Shown piece after piece: positions 11,915 through 26,042 of a stretch of DNA of 64,000 nucleotides (position 1 is its first letter; every line of letters starts with the position of its first letter). The notes under the pieces are model-generated. The model had not been told where the DNA came from. It worked only from the letters and a program-made list of their open reading frames with translations, and made no database searches. Made by a program: the position numbers and the translations under genes. The stretch comes from Eledone cirrhosa. Lineage: Eukaryota. Where the stretch lies: NCBI GenBank assembly GCA_964016885.1, contig OZ024741.1, positions 385,392,001-385,456,000 of the forward strand, given 5' to 3'.

Positions 11915-13860
11915 GAGTAATTGAAAATGGTGACATAAAGGTGTTATGGGTGATGACTATACAGTGCAATAATATAACTGCAAGGAGACCTGAGTTGTGA
12001 TAGAAAAAAGAGAAAGGATATGTTGAATTATTGATGTCACCATTCCCAATGATGAGAAGTTCCACCCAAAAGAAATGGAGAAAGTTGTTAAATACCAGGA
12101 CCTCAGAATTGAAGTTCAAAGATTATAGAACATAAGAAAGATTGAAGGTGGAAGAGGTCTAATCAGTGTTATGGCTGTATTGAAGGTGGAGACAATAGGC
12201 CAGAGGGTGTAAACACCTAGCCCAGGCTCACTATAAAGGATGAAAGCATGATATCATAGAAAAAGTGATTCACTAGCAAATCACCTCAACAAACAAGCTC
12301 ATTTTGAGAAACGGTATAAGCATAAGCTAAAGTCGGTGATAGAAAATGATCAGATGAAGGTACTGTGGGATTTCAGGTTACAAACGGACAAAGAATTAGA
12401 ACATAATAGGTCAAACCTGGTGGTTTTTGACAAGGATAAAAGATCTTGCTTGATTATAGATGTAGCTTGCCCCTTTGGCACAAGAGTGCAAGAAAAGGAA
12501 AAAGAGAAAATTAACCTGTATCAGGATTTGAATTGCGAACTGAAAATGATTTTAAACTGTCATGAGTTCAAGGTGGTCCCCGTCATCATAGGAGCACTAG
12601 GTACTATCTTGAAGAGCTTCCAAGGCTGGTTAAAGAACATTAGCCCAGCCCCCTTTTTTGGAACACTCCAGAAGGCATGCCTATTGGGAACAACAAGGAC
12701 ACTCCGATGCGTCCTGAATATCTGTGACTGCAGGTAGCAGTTTGATGTTCATTAGAGCAAATTTTCTGGTCAATAACAACAATAGGAGACAAGAACATAA
12801 CAATCCTCTGGATTTCCCTGGGAATAGTGACTAAACAATCAAGGCCAGCAGACCTGATATAATTGTGAAGGACCATAAAGAGAAAATATGTTCCTTAAAT
12901 GACATGAGCTTTTGATCAGATCATAACATCTCAAAAGAGTTTGGAAAGCTCAATCATAAAATAATAAAGGAAGGGTGTGGGACTGTGTCCTCAATATATA
13001 TTTGTTATCCAGATAGTAAAATAACTTGGATTACTTTGAATAAATAATGAATGAATATTACATAATTTATGTACTAAATTTAGTAGCTGTTGATTAAACA
13101 TGAATATTCTTATATATAATTGTTTCTACTTTTGGTACAAGGCCAGCAATTAACCAGTGCATTACTGGTATTTTATTTTATTGACTCCATAAGGATGAAA
13201 GGCAAAGTTAACCTCGGCAGGATTTGAACTCAGAATTATATATTCTTATATATAATGATTGCTTATTTTAAGATTCACTTCTTTTAAAATTTTCAAATGT
13301 CAATACTTCTGGTTATGGTATAACAGACGCTATATCATATCACTTATATAAACGTTCATCTATTTGCATCGTTATATCATAACGTTTATATTTCCATTGC
13401 TAATTTTCTCCTTTTTACATTTCACCATAATGTTGTTTATATATAATATCGTCTTGTTTAAATGCATCATGGATTACTTTACTGATTACAGAAGACAATG
13501 TAACACAGTCTCTCTTCAATTTCTGTGTATATTGTCAATTACAATTTTATTTGACATATCATATGTACATGCATATATACTTGCATATAATATCAATATG
13601 CACACTACACATGCTAGCAGAAAAACCACCTAAAGGGTGGTTTTTCTGCTAGTAAGTATAAAGATCTATTAATTGAAATTGAGAAAATGTGGTGTCTTAA
13701 GGCCTGTACAATAGCAGTGATAATCGGCACACTTAGAATGATAAAAAAGGGAACTGAAAAATATTTGGACCAGATACCTGGAAAGCCATCTCTGCAAGAG
13801 GTACAGAAAATAGTGCAGACTACCACTGTCCATGTTCTGAGAAGGGCATTATCAATTTAA
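11915..13860 (+). mobile_element. Cluster of R4/Dong-clade non-LTR retrotransposon C-terminal fragments (restriction-like endonuclease)
   Basis: ORF 12336..12737 LWDFRLQTD..EHNRSNLVV..IIDVACP..KEKEK..YQDL..VVPVIIGALG; related pieces at about 11915-12125, 12810-12955 and 13625-13860. Confidence 0.8.
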
Positions 13861-14048
13861 ATACCTTACAAAGACATTTACTGTTGTTTGTGCTCATGGG
13901 ACATCATCTGTATGAGAATTGATTGCAAAATGTGTGTATTATCAAATTTGCCTCAGGTGTCAGTCTGATACTTGGTTTGGGAAAGAGACAGAATTCAAAG
14001 GAACTCTCACATAATAAAAATAATAGTAACAATTGCTTGAGTTATTGA

Positions 14049-14885
14049 TTGAAGAATTATTCAAGCAATGTCTTTCTAAGAGAAGTAGAAATTAAAAGAG
14101 GTATCTTCAAAGGGGACTCATTCTCACCATTACTGATACCTATAACACACTCAGAAAAAATAAAAATAGGCTACCACTGTGGAAAGCAAGGACCATTCAT
14201 AAAGCACCTGTTTATGGATGACCTGAAACTGTTTGGGAAGTCTGAAAAACCAGAAAGATTCTTTGGTTAAAACAGTCCAGATATGTAGCAGTGACATCAG
14301 TATGGAATTTGAGATTTCCAAATACTTTGCACTCAACATGAAAAGAGGAAAGAAAGCAGCCTGTGGTGGATTACGACTGCCATGGAGAGAAACTATAAGA
14401 GAACCAAAAGATAGTGGCTATAAATATTTGAGGATCTTAGAGCTAGATGATATTTTGCATGCAGAAAATAAAATAAAAGTGTAGAGGGATATATTTTAAA
14501 AGAGTAAAAATGATTTTAAAATCCAACTTGAATGCGAGAATCTGGTCACTGCAATGGATATCTGGGCAGTTGCAGTGGCTAGATATAGTGCAGGTGGACT
14601 GCAGAAGAAATAGCAAAATTAAATTGAAAGATAAGAAAGTTAATGACATTATATGGAGCTTTACACCCTAAAGCAAATATTGAAAGATTGTACATGAATA
14701 GTGGCAGAGGCCTCATCAGTGTGGATCATTGTATAAGGAGTGAGAGGGAAATACTTGTAGAATATTTTGCAAACAGTGATGAAGAGTTGTTGCAATATGT
14801 AGCAGAGGATGTGGGTATAAATGTAGTAGAAATGGTTGGAAAAGAAGAGTTTAACCAAAGAGCTGAAGAGAAAAGAGAAGTGGTT
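14049..14885 (+). mobile_element. R4/Dong-clade RT fragment
   Basis: IKRGIFKGDSFSPLL, HLFMDDLKLF, YKYLRILE, GALHPKANIERLY..GRGLISV. Confidence 0.85.
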
Positions 14886-14924
14886 AAGAAGTGCCTACTA
14901 GATGTATGTTTGAGTCTGTGTGCA

Positions 14925-16615
14925 TGGGAAGGAATATCTTCTGTATTACTGCCAGAGATCTCGATCCTATATCATTGTCCTTGAGAGGTGCAATTGGACA
15001 AGGTCAGCTTTTATCACTTCATCCCAGGTCTTTCTGGGTCTTCCTACTCCATAGCTTCTGTCAACTTTAATTGCCCTTTTCATACAGCTGTCATCCTTCA
15101 TACATATCACATGTCTATACCAACACAATCTCCTCTCTAGTATACTGCATCTGATCCCTCTTATGCTCAATTTCTTTCTCAGTTCATTTACGCTTTGCTG
15201 TTCATGTATCGGAGTATGCATGCTTGATTTCTTTCGAATCTTTTCAGATCCTCCACACACAGCACCCAGGTCTCACTACCATGTAACATTGCTGTTCATA
15301 TATATGCATTGTACAATCTGCCCTTCATTTTAAGGGGAAAACCTTTTGTAGCTAACAGTGGTATTAGCTCTCTGAACTTTCTTCATCCTGTTCTTACTCT
15401 TGGCTACTGTACTCCACTGCTGATTTTGTCACCCAGGTAATGGAAAGTGTCAACTATTTGTATAGAACCCTCCGGGCATTTGAAGGAATAAGTATCCTGT
15501 GGGCACTTGCTATTTACTGCACCTGAGCATCATCCACATATAAAACTTACATTCTTTGATAGCCTGTCTGTGATCCCACTACATCTTTTATGCACCCATA
15601 GCTTACATTTGGGACATAGAATGGAATTTCTACCTACTCATTTCCTGCACAATGAGCAAGGCTATTTCCTAGAACTTTAGTCTTTGACAAGTTAACTTTA
15701 AGACCTTTCGATTCTAGATTTGGAATTTTTTCTCTAATTCTGCCATAGGTTCAGCTATGAGAGTTAGATCATCTGCATATAAAATCTCCCATGGGCAGCC
15801 AGTCTTAAACTCTTTTGTTATAGCCTGTAGGGAAATAATAAACAGGAGAGAGCTAATGACATAGCCCTAATGAACACCTACCCGTACATTAAATTCTTCA
15901 CTATAGTCATTGTTAATTCTGACCTTGCTGGCTGTTCCTCTATACATGGCTTGTACAACTTTCATAAGTCACTCATCTACTCCTAGTTTTCTAAGAGCCC
16001 ACCAAATAATGGAACGGGAGAATCTATCAAAAGCTTTCTCCAAGTCAACAAAAGCTAAGTCGAGGGATTACTTTTAGCTAGGTACTTCTGCAGTTACCTC
16101 ATGATGAAGAGAGCATTTGTGGTACTTTTACCCGGCACAAACCCAAACTGCAATCAGCTGTGCGATAACTCTTTCTGTGAACTTCATGACCTCATCAACC
16201 AAATTAATGCCTCTATAGTTTCCTCTGTCTAGAGCATCTCCTTTGCCCTTGTAGCAGTTGACGATGCTACTGCTATGCCAGTCATTTAGTATGACACCAT
16301 TTTGTATTACTTGGTTTATAATATGAGTGACTATGGTGTGACCCACCATCCCAGACACTTTCAACATCTCAGCAACTATCCCCAAAAGTCCAGCTGCCTT
16401 GCCTGTCTTCATATCTTTGATTGCCTTACTTACTACACTACCACTAACTTGTACAATCAGTCCCTCGGTTGGGTCAACTTGAGGCAAACTATCTTCATCC
16501 CATTTATTCTCTTCATTTAGTAGTCTTTCATAGTGGCACTTTCATGCTACCTTCTTTTCAGCATCAGTGAAGGCAAGTATTCCGTTATCATCGCAGACAC
16601 ACTTCTCCTGATTTT
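14925..16615 (-). mobile_element. Degraded RTE LINE
   Basis: MKTGKAAGLLGIVAEMLK, GNYRGINL, AFVDLEKAFD, GCPWEILYADDL, GRPRKTWDEV. Confidence 0.9.
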
Positions 16616-16619
16616 CCTT

Positions 16620-19600
16620 TTCAGGTGAAACCTGAAAAAGTTAATGAAGAGGAAAGTGTCCGTCTTCAACCCTTTCAGATGTGTCCACCATGCGTTACCA
16701 TGGCCACCAGGCTAATAAAAATTGCCTGCCCTTCCTGGTTAAAGGAGGGCGGCAGGGTAATCTTCACGATGGACTCAGCTGATAGCCGGATCCATCCTAC
16801 ATGCGACAACAGATGTTTGACATAAACCCACAAGTCAGCGATGCTTGGAGACTGGACAAGTGTGTGCCGGACGCTGACAGGCCCGGCTACTGGCACTTAC
16901 ATGCCTGTAGAGTTTATCTCGAACTGGCAAAGCTCCTTGGTAGCACTGCCAGGCCAGGGATTTCTGGAAGTTGTCCATGGGCCCGGCCCGAAAGTTCTTC
17001 CAAAGAGATTGGCTATAATAATTCTCCCATTATTATCCACTAGGGCTGAAACATAATGGACAATACAAAAGAACATGGACAGTGGAGATTTACATAAGAA
17101 ACATAATATAGGAAAACAGGTAACAATTAACAATAAATTAATAACAAAAGTATTTCCCAGTAGTGGGGAGCATCATCCAAGGGTAAATTAGGAACCCCAC
17201 AGATTCAAAACCACCCTGATATCCAAAAACACCATAGGAAAGTGCATTATTCCCCAGACCTCTCGAGCCTATATGCACATGCTCAGAGTAGACCCATTCA
17301 CTTGGGCTATCCTCACTACATTTACCAATCTTTTAACAAATGTACTGAGGAACAGCACTTCCCTCTCCCTCCTTACCTCCTATTACAGGTGGAACTTGAA
17401 AGAGTGGATGAGGACTTGGCCAAAGAGGAAAGTGATTGCCTACAGTCTTCTCAGTCACACCCACCACACAACCTCTTTTGCTACAGCCACGAGACAGAAG
17501 AAAACTGCCTGCCCTTCTTGGCCTAAAGAAGGCAGCGAAGCAATCTTTAGAATGGAGTTAGCTGATAGTTGCATCCATCCTACATGCAATAGTAGCTGTT
17601 TGAAAAAACTCCATAAGTCAACAATGCATGCAGAACAGTTTCATCATTCTGTGCACATCTCAGACAGTTCAATCTGACAAACACTTCCATGCCTGTATAG
17701 TTTGTTTTAAACTGACAGTGCCCTTCGATAGCACTGCTAGGCAAGGAATTTCTGGAAATTGCCCATACACCACAGACTGAAGGTTCTTCGGAAAAGACGG
17801 GTTAGTTTATTCTCATCAATGCCTAAGGTTTCTCCAAGAACTTTGTCACTCATACCCACCACTAGTCCTCCATATGTAGAATTTCCACTGACTGCATTAC
17901 CCAACTGGTAGAGAGCTGTGAGCACCAGACAACATTCCAAATTCTAGGTACCCAGCCTTGGTCTTCACTTGACTCAAGATTGTAGTTCAGTCAAAGTGAC
18001 AAGCTGTGAAAAGACATGCCTGACAAAGAGTGACCACACATGTTCACCATTTAGGAATATCTGAAAATGCCATAGCCTCAGTGTATATTTGAGCATCATC
18101 AGCCACGACACGGCCAGACTCTACACAAAAGGTGTTAGAAGCCGATTGACCATCAAACCAGTGGAACTTGTCCCTTCCATTGAAAAAGCAGGCATTCCAA
18201 CCTGGTGAGGTGTAAACCGGACAAAGCATGATGGTCAGGCAATAATATATGATGGAGACAATATACATGTTCGCCTCTGACCAACCTTTCAGGGATAGTT
18301 TCCTCTCAATCCATTTCTGGGTAATAATGACTACACTGCTCATTATGTCACCCCAGTTCTTATCTACCATGAGCAACTTAAATGGTCGATCCGCCCAGTG
18401 TCTAATGATGCTGTTGTATGACATGGACTTGCCTCTCCAGGTGCTAAGCTGAAAACCCACTAACTTGTCCAGGTTAATTTTTGCTCCAATCCACTTTTTG
18501 TAATCCTCTAACAAGTTGCTGACCACCTCTATTTCCAAGGCATTCAACACCATCACAGTGACATCATCTACATATGAGAAGGGAGGAGAGAGGGCATCCT
18601 TGATGGTCCGAGCTCGTAATCTGGAGTGGTTCCAATAGCTGGTCATTTACTTTGACCATCGAGCAGATGCCACTGTGCATTAAAGCAATCCAGCTCTGAA
18701 GACAGGACCAAAACTGGTTGCCTTGAGGAAAGCATTCAATTAATTGTTTCTACTTTTGGCACAGGGCCAGCAATTCACCAGTACATTACTGGTACTTTAT
18801 TTTATTGACCCCATAAGGATGAAAGGCAAAGTTAACCTTAGAGGGATTTGAACTCAGATCATAAAGGGACGTAACTATGCTGGAAAGCATGTCTGACCCT
18901 CTACCGATACTGTCAATTCACCTCCCAATGATAATCAAAAGCATGAGGTGGAGGTTGACAACTATTGATCTGGTCAGGATTGTGCATGCCTGTGCTTTTC
19001 TGACAAGTCTCTTGATGACAAACACCAACCTCATTACTACCACCTTGGCCAAAGTCTGAAACCCTTTGTTGAGCAGAATTATAGGTCAAAAAGTTTCAAT
19101 TATCTCCCCCTTGTTTACATCTTTCCTCATCAGTGTTACTATCTCCAGCTTACAGGACTGGGAATTCTCCTGTTCTGTTGCCAATTGCAGAAGACAGCTG
19201 TGAAGAAATCGATGAACAAGTCTGGCTTATCTACATAAAACTAATAGGGTAGACCATCCAAACCAGGTTATTTATGCCTCATACAACCACCTAGGGCTTC
19301 TTGTATCTCAGCTGGTATTATCAGCTTTTCACAATACTCTGCATCTTCTATTGAGAGCCAGGGCAGACGATTGAGGTAGGAACTATAACCCACCACCATC
19401 GCCATCACCTTGTTTGATGTTATGGATGTATCTGTATTTGATATGGGCGTGTTTTCTGAGTTTTCTGGAGTGTGTTGGTGTGAAGAAAGATGTTTTTTGT
19501 TGTCTTTTTTTTTTTTGTTGATACTCCTTTCTGTTGTTTTTCTTGTTGACGTTAATGATGGTGGTGATGGTACTAATGTTGCTGTTGTTGTCTCAGCTGC

Positions 19601-20545
19601 TTTCGTTGTTGTTTCTGCAGCTGCCAGTCTTGTTTGTGTAGTTGTTGTTGTGATCTTTGCTTATGATATTTTTTTATGCTCTTTCTATGGTTGTTGTTGA
19701 TGTTGCTGCTGATGTGGCATACTGTTGTTACGGTGGCCTCATGTCTCCTATTTGGGTAGGGGAAGGGAGTAGAAGGCCCTTAAGTGGTTTGTGGCCTCAC
19801 AGAGATAGCATTTTGTTGTTTTTTGCCTTCTATGCACATGCTTAGCTTGACCACATTGGGCAGCTGTATAAGGTCTGGGTTTTCCTCTGTTTCTGTCTTC
19901 ACCTGAAGCAGAATCTTCGGGTCTATCACGGACCAATTTTCTCTGTTGCTGCATTTTATCTTGAGGGGTGTGTCCAGGTCCTCAAGAACAACACAGACCA
20001 AGATCCACCCGATGTTCAGACCCAGTAAAACACCCAGTATCTTCAGCCTGACAGTTCTCCTTATGAGACATCTTGGATACAGAACAAATTCCTCACACCA
20101 ACAGGGTACGACAATGTTTTCACATGAGGTCCTCACTTCAGAAGAGGACCTCGATGCTGGCAAACTGACTTGCTCTTTACATGTGGGCCACATCTGGCAT
20201 TATGTCTTTCAGAACCTTCTCCACTTGAATGGCCATGGCTGGTTTGGGTCACCAGCTTTGTAGTAGACTGTTTTTGTGCTTCTTCTGCCATTAGTTCAAG
20301 TAGCACTATTACTGCTACCTTCTTACCCTCAAATTTTATATTTGGGTCTTTGTTTCCCAGTGCTAGTGGTTTGTTGGTGATGGTAGCAGTGGTAGTGTTA
20401 GAGATAATGTTGGAGATGATGGTGGTGGTGGTGGATGGTGGTGGCAGTGGTGGTGTTAGTGACAATGGTGGTTTTGGTGGTTGTCGTGGTGGTGACATTG
20501 GTTTATTCACACTTGTACTCTGGTTGTCATCTTGTGGAATCTGAG
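16620..20545 (-). mobile_element. Tx1/L1-clade LINE remnants (ORF1 with zinc knuckle, ORF2 RT, 3' UTR) plus an adjacent second ORF2 fragment
   Basis: ORF1-like 19748-20510 with CYLCEATNH knuckle; ORF2 pieces PGLDGLPY (~19250), PIILLNKG (~19070), YVDDVTV..GAKINLDK..WIERKLSLKG (ORF 18044..18646); C-terminus ..VNVVRIAQVNGSTLSMCI* near 17270; second fragment 16620-17010. Interrupted by a SINE at about 18740-18925. Confidence 0.75.
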
Positions 20546-22797
20546 GGGGCGTTCGCCTTCATTTTTTAAAAAAGAATTTTAGTTGCATAATTTGCAAATA
20601 TAATTGCAGTATTTGGGCCTTGGGCCCAAATATTATGGGATCACCTTTTCTGAGGGCAATGTATGATGCGCTATTAAAAAATTTCAACAAGGAACATTAT
20701 ACAAGCAAGTGAAAATCAAAAAAACTTATGAAGCAAAAGTATGAGTGACAGTTACCTGAGAAACCTATAATAATAATTATTTCTACTTTTTGCACAAGGC
20801 CAGCAATTTGAAAGGAAGAAGGATGTTAATTATATTGACCTTAGTAATTGACTGGTACTTTATTTTATTGATTAAAGGCAAAGTTGATACCAACAGAAAG
20901 AAATACCATAAAATATTTTGCTTACACTCTAACAGTTCACCCAGTCCTCCACACTTTGAGGGGAGGGGGAAGTTGACTGGTTCTATATTTTATCCACTCT
21001 GGAAGGATAAAAGACGAAATTGACCTAAGCAGGATTAGAGAACTTGGAACATAAATGCTTTACAACAGTAATTGCTTTTAATGCTCTGGTAGTGTTGGAT
21101 TCTTTTAAAGATGTAAGGAGTAAATTTTATCATTAAGACATGCATAAAATTTATTTGGAGGGGAAAAAATACAGTAAAATAATTAACCTTGAATGTCCTT
21201 TACCACATGAAACCACATTAACAAAACATTTTTGAAAAGTATGAAACAGCACTACAACTGCATCACATTAAAAATTAAAGTCTTTACTCTAATATTGCAA
21301 TTGTTCACGAAGATCTGTCAACCAGTAAAGATACTATAAACATTTGAATTAACAAACCTGTTTTTAGATATTTTCTGCTAAATCATTACAAGATGGTAAG
21401 AGTTAATCATCAACCATGCATACACAATACTATTTTAAGCATAATTGATTGCATCTCTTCAAAAATTAAAGTCTTTAATTTGATACTGTAAATTTTTACA
21501 ACACTGTGTCAACTAGTAAAGATACTATAAACATTTGAATTAACAAACCCCTCTTCAGATATTATCTGCTAAATCATTACAGGATTTTGGATTTGTAATT
21601 GTCTGGCAAGTGACTTGATCTGAGTTGGTGTGTTGAAACTTTAGCAAAAATGTTGGATGTTGAAGTGTTGTATAGGTCGTATGTTGTGTGTTGTATGTGT
21701 TCATTGGTGTGGGCAAAGCAATCAGACAGACCTATAAAGAAACAAAACTGCTATTTTCAATGTTTTTATTCCTGCCATGGAATGCAACAAAACCATGTGG
21801 CAAATAATAACTCAACTGAAAACAGTTAAAAGGTTGACGGAATGGAGCGTTTAGTCAACACGTTGCTAAATGTAGTGTTCATAAATAAGAATATTTTGTT
21901 ATGATGTGTAGGAATTTGTGAGTGAATGTTGGTTGAGATAAGATATTGCATTGGTGCATGGCAGATTTACTGACCTGTGTACCATAGCCCAGCTGCAGCA
22001 GTACCTTAATGTCCAGTGGCTGCTACAGTGAGACATCAGTTGTCAGCTGTCTCAGAAACCAGCAGAATGAGAAGAAGAGAATGAATGCTGGATTGATTGG
22101 GGCTTAAATACCTATAGCTATTTCTGGTGATGATGGTATAGCTATTTTAGTCTGCATTTCATATCTGCAGATTTATCCATAATAATTTCACTACAAAACA
22201 AAAGAACTAAAACATTTACTGCATAGAAAAGCCATTTTAGCCATTGTGTGTTTTGTAAATGGCTAAAATGACTCTTCCACATATTACAGGATGTTAAGAG
22301 TTAAATCACTTGACATTGATCCTCATGAAGTATATAGATTTACCAAGTGTTATGATGGAGAGATAAATAAGAGAGACCAGCACAATTTGGCATTTGGTTT
22401 CTTATTACAAAACACTGTCCTTTTCTTATTTGTTATTACATTGGTTTCTTGACAAGAACAAATTAATATGAAAGAGAAGTGGCAATAGGGTGGTGAAAGG
22501 TTTGTATAAACGTTTGCTTGAAACAAAAATAAAAGGAAGCTTAGCATCTCAAATGGATTAGATGTGAACAGAATGAAAGCAGGAATGCTATGCTTAAAAT
22601 TGAAGGTGTGGAGCTTGGTAATGAATGGTGTAACAAAAATGGAATGGTACGTGGAAAATGTCTATCTGCCATTGTATTCTCTCTAATTTAATGTTAAACT
22701 CTCTGCTTACTACTACAAACTGGACAACACTTTCAAAAATATATATTGAAGGGTACACAATATTTGTGGTTTCACAGTGAATACAATATAGTCTGGA

Positions 22798-22847
<50 letters not shown>

Positions 22848-22869
22848 ACAGTAGTAGCAGTAGAAATAG

Positions 22870-23207
22870 AAATAATGATTTCATTTATTGGCCACAAGGG
22901 CCGACACATAGAGGACAATACAAAAGACTGGGACAGTGGAGTTTTACAGAAAAATCAAGTAAACAATATGAATAACAATAACAAAGTAACAAGAAAAATA
23001 CAAGAAAAATTCCCCAATAGGGGGGGGGGGATGACTACCCAGGGTTCGCCCAGGTACCCAACCAATCCTGAATGACCTGACGCTTCGAGAGCACCCTGGA
23101 AGGGCACCCCTCTCCTCCTCAAATTTACCCACCTACAGGCACATGACCAGAGTAGGTCCACTCACACGGGCCATTCTCGCCACATTCACCCACCTTTCAG
23201 CAAACAG
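22870..23207 (-). mobile_element. 3' end of a related Tx1-type LINE
   Basis: FAERWVNVARMARVSGPTLVMCL* parallels the ORF2 end near 17270; 3' UTR resembles 17040-17270. Confidence 0.7.
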
Positions 23208-23362
23208 TAGAAATAGAAATAATAAAATATAGAACAGAAAAATAAACAAACGCAATATATATATATAAATAAACACACACACACATATACGTCCCACCAT
23301 TGCAAGCAGGGAAAAGCGGACGTAAAATGATGATGATGATGATGATAATGATAAATATATAT

Positions 23363-24128
23363 AGAGCATTGGCCTTGCAATCGAAAGGTTGTGAGTTCAA
23401 TTCTCAGACTGGGTGATGTGTTGTTTCCTTGAGCAAGAGACTTTATTTCACATTGCTCCAGTTTACTCAGCTGTAGAAATGAGATGATAGGGACTGGGTT
23501 CCCTATCATTCCACTGCAAAGTGGTCGTGGAGGTGCCACGGCAAAAACGCACCCAGCACTCACTGTATATGAGGTTGGTGTTAGGAAGGGCATCCAGCTG
23601 TAGAAATCAAGCCAGAATCAGTTCCCGTCCCACTCTTGTAAGCAGGGAAAAAGCGGACATAAAATGAAATGATGAATGATGATATATATATATATACGCA
23701 CTTATATATACATTTATATATATACTCTAAACCCATGCTAGCGTGGGAGATAGACGTTAAATGACGATGATGATGATGATGAACTCGTATACACACACAC
23801 ACACATATATACTGTATATATCATCATCATCATTTTACGTCCGCTTTTCCCTGCTTGCAAGGGTGGGACGGGAACTCATTCTGGCTTGATTTCTACTCAT
23901 TTACAGTGAGTGCTGGGTGCTTTTTTGCAGTGGCACCTCAACGACCACTTTGCAGTGAAATAATAGGGACCCCAGTCCCTAGCATCTCATTTCTACAGCT
24001 GAGTAAACTGGAACAATGTGAAATAAAGTGTCTTGCTCAAGGAAACAACGCATCACGCGGTCCGAGAATTGAACTCACAACCTTTCGATTGCAAGGCCAA
24101 TGCTCCAACCACTAAGCCATGTGCCTCC
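23363..24128. mobile_element. Inverted pair of tRNA-derived SINEs (23363-23680 +, 23820-24128 -)
   Basis: Same head, body and tail as the 5.4-6.0 kb copies, in tail-to-tail orientation. Confidence 0.85.
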
Positions 24129-24211
24129 ATATATATATATTTAAAGGTTAAACAAGGTTCAATGACTGAATCTTAACCATCTACTATGTCAGGGTATGTC
24201 ATGCATCATCT

Positions 24212-24278
24212 TATTTTATCTGATGAGGACGTACTGTTGAAGATAGCTCAGTACCTCTGAAATATGTATAATAAAATA
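24212..24278 (+). ncRNA. Type-I minimal hammerhead ribozyme motif
   Basis: Stem I TATTTTAT/ATAAAATA; core CTGATGA (24220-26); stem II GGACGTACTG/CAGTACCTCT (9 of 10 pairs); GAAA (24259-62); self-complementary stem III ATATGTAT; NUH = ATA. Confidence 0.7.
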
Positions 24279-24328
24279 TACTTGATCACACGAATGTCTA
24301 TTTTTGTTAATATTTTGAATTAATACTG

Positions 24329-24367
<39 letters not shown>

Positions 24368-24617
24368 ATGTTTAGTGTTGTTAACATTATATTCCCTATT
24401 GTTTTCCATCTTTCTGTGTGTGTCAGTAGGTTAATCTTACACACTATTATCTGGCTTATCTCCAAGTTCACCAAGTGTGATTAGTGTAGTTAATAATAAT
24501 AACAATAATGCCTTGCTTAACTTGATATATGTGTTCTCAATTGAATATATATCTCTATGGGATTTCTTGTTATTATTGATGTAATAATGGTTGGCTTGTT
24601 ACTGAAGGAATGGATGT

Positions 24618-24621
24618 ATGA

Positions 24622-24657
<36 letters not shown>

Positions 24658-24687
24658 TTGGCGATGGTGTTGGTGGTGGTGGTGCTG

Positions 24688-24726
<39 letters not shown>

Positions 24727-24744
24727 TTGGTGTTGGTGGTGCTG

Positions 24745-24806
<62 letters not shown>

Positions 24807-25020
24807 GCTACTACTACTACTACAGCTGTTGCTGCTGCTACGATTACTACTACAACTACTAATACTAGTGCTGCTCCTGCTACTACTACTACTGCTGCTG
24901 CTGTTGTTAGTGGTGGTGCTATTACTACTACTACTATTACTGTCGCTAGTGCTGCTACTGCTGCTGCTATTACTATTACTACTATTATTACTGTTACTAC
25001 TACTACAAGTATTACTACAA
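24618..25020 (+). repeat. Compound (TAC)n/(TGC)n/(TGG)n trinucleotide microsatellite
   Basis: Seen directly. Confidence 0.95.
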
Positions 25021-25029
25021 GTGTTTTAA

Positions 25030-25318
25030 CCCTTTGATTACAACAGAAGAAGAAGAAGAAGAAGAAGAAGAAGAAGAAGACATAGAAGAAGAAGAAGAAG
25101 AAGAAGAAGAAGAAGAAGAAGAAGAAGAAGAAGAAGAAGAAGAATGTTGGTAAATGTAGGGGAGAGAATTTAGTAAAAATAGCTAACTTTTTTATGATTA
25201 AGTTGATATTTGGAACAATACTTCACAAAAAATTCTTATATAAAATATGGTGGAAGGTTTTAATATAAGGAAGAACACTTTAAAACGGGCAATTTTAGGC
25301 GGTTTGGTATCAAAAGAG
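25030..25318. mobile_element. TTAA-flanked MITE (piggyBac-like ends) containing an expanded (GAA)n
   Basis: TTAA|CCCTTTGATTAC ... GGTATCAAAAGAG|TTAA; (GAA)n at 25045-25144. Confidence 0.6.
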
Positions 25319-25814
25319 TTAAAGCCATTTTTCCTTGCTAAAACTGGGACTAGCCTTGTAGGGGAAGGAGCATGACAAGCCTAATGCTCATCACAGGGTC
25401 CTTTTAAAGGCAATATTTTTCAGCTGGATGTCTTTCCTGGGGCCAAACCTTTTAGTCACTCCTTTAATACTGGGGTTGATACTTCCCTTATCGCTTTTCT
25501 CACTTCCTCTCTCTCACTTTTTATCCTTCTCTGGAAGAAATCTGCTGTGTTCAAGCCTGGAGAGGGGATGGGCTCTGCCAGGTTTTAAAACGCCCAAGAA
25601 ATGCTGTATGCCACTACAGTGCCTCTACAATTCCATCAGGAATTACAGGACCATACCATACAATATGCAGGGATATGGTGTTCACACAGTGATTTCATTT
25701 ATTCTGTATGAAAAAAAAATTATGAAAAACAACAGGCTGTTTGTTATCCTTTCATGACTAAGCTACTGTATTTGATGGTATATAAGAACTATGGGCATAT
25801 AAAACCCCATTCTA

Positions 25815-26042
25815 TCCCCACTCCACCTCCACTCTGCTTCACTCCATCTCCACTCTGCCTCACTCCACTTCACTCTGCCTCCATTCCGTCTCCTCTCCGT
25901 TTCTGCTGTCTCTGCTCCGTCTCCACTCCACCTCCACTCTGTCTCCACTCCACCTACCCCGCCTGCACTCTGCCTTATCCTCACTCTACCTCCACCCTGC
26001 CTCCACTCCATCTCCACTTTACCCACCTCCACTCCACCCCAC
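25815..26042 (+). repeat. Degenerate (CTCCA)n pentamer repeat
   Basis: Seen directly. Confidence 0.85.

Noticed and set aside
21965-22110. Possible minus-strand exon ending at cag|gtcagt
   Set aside because: No recognisable protein similarity and no partner exons found.
24557-25037. Thr/Ala-rich mucin-like, poly-Leu and poly-Tyr/Cys ORFs
   Set aside because: Translation of a compound trinucleotide microsatellite; no splice signals or domain evidence.
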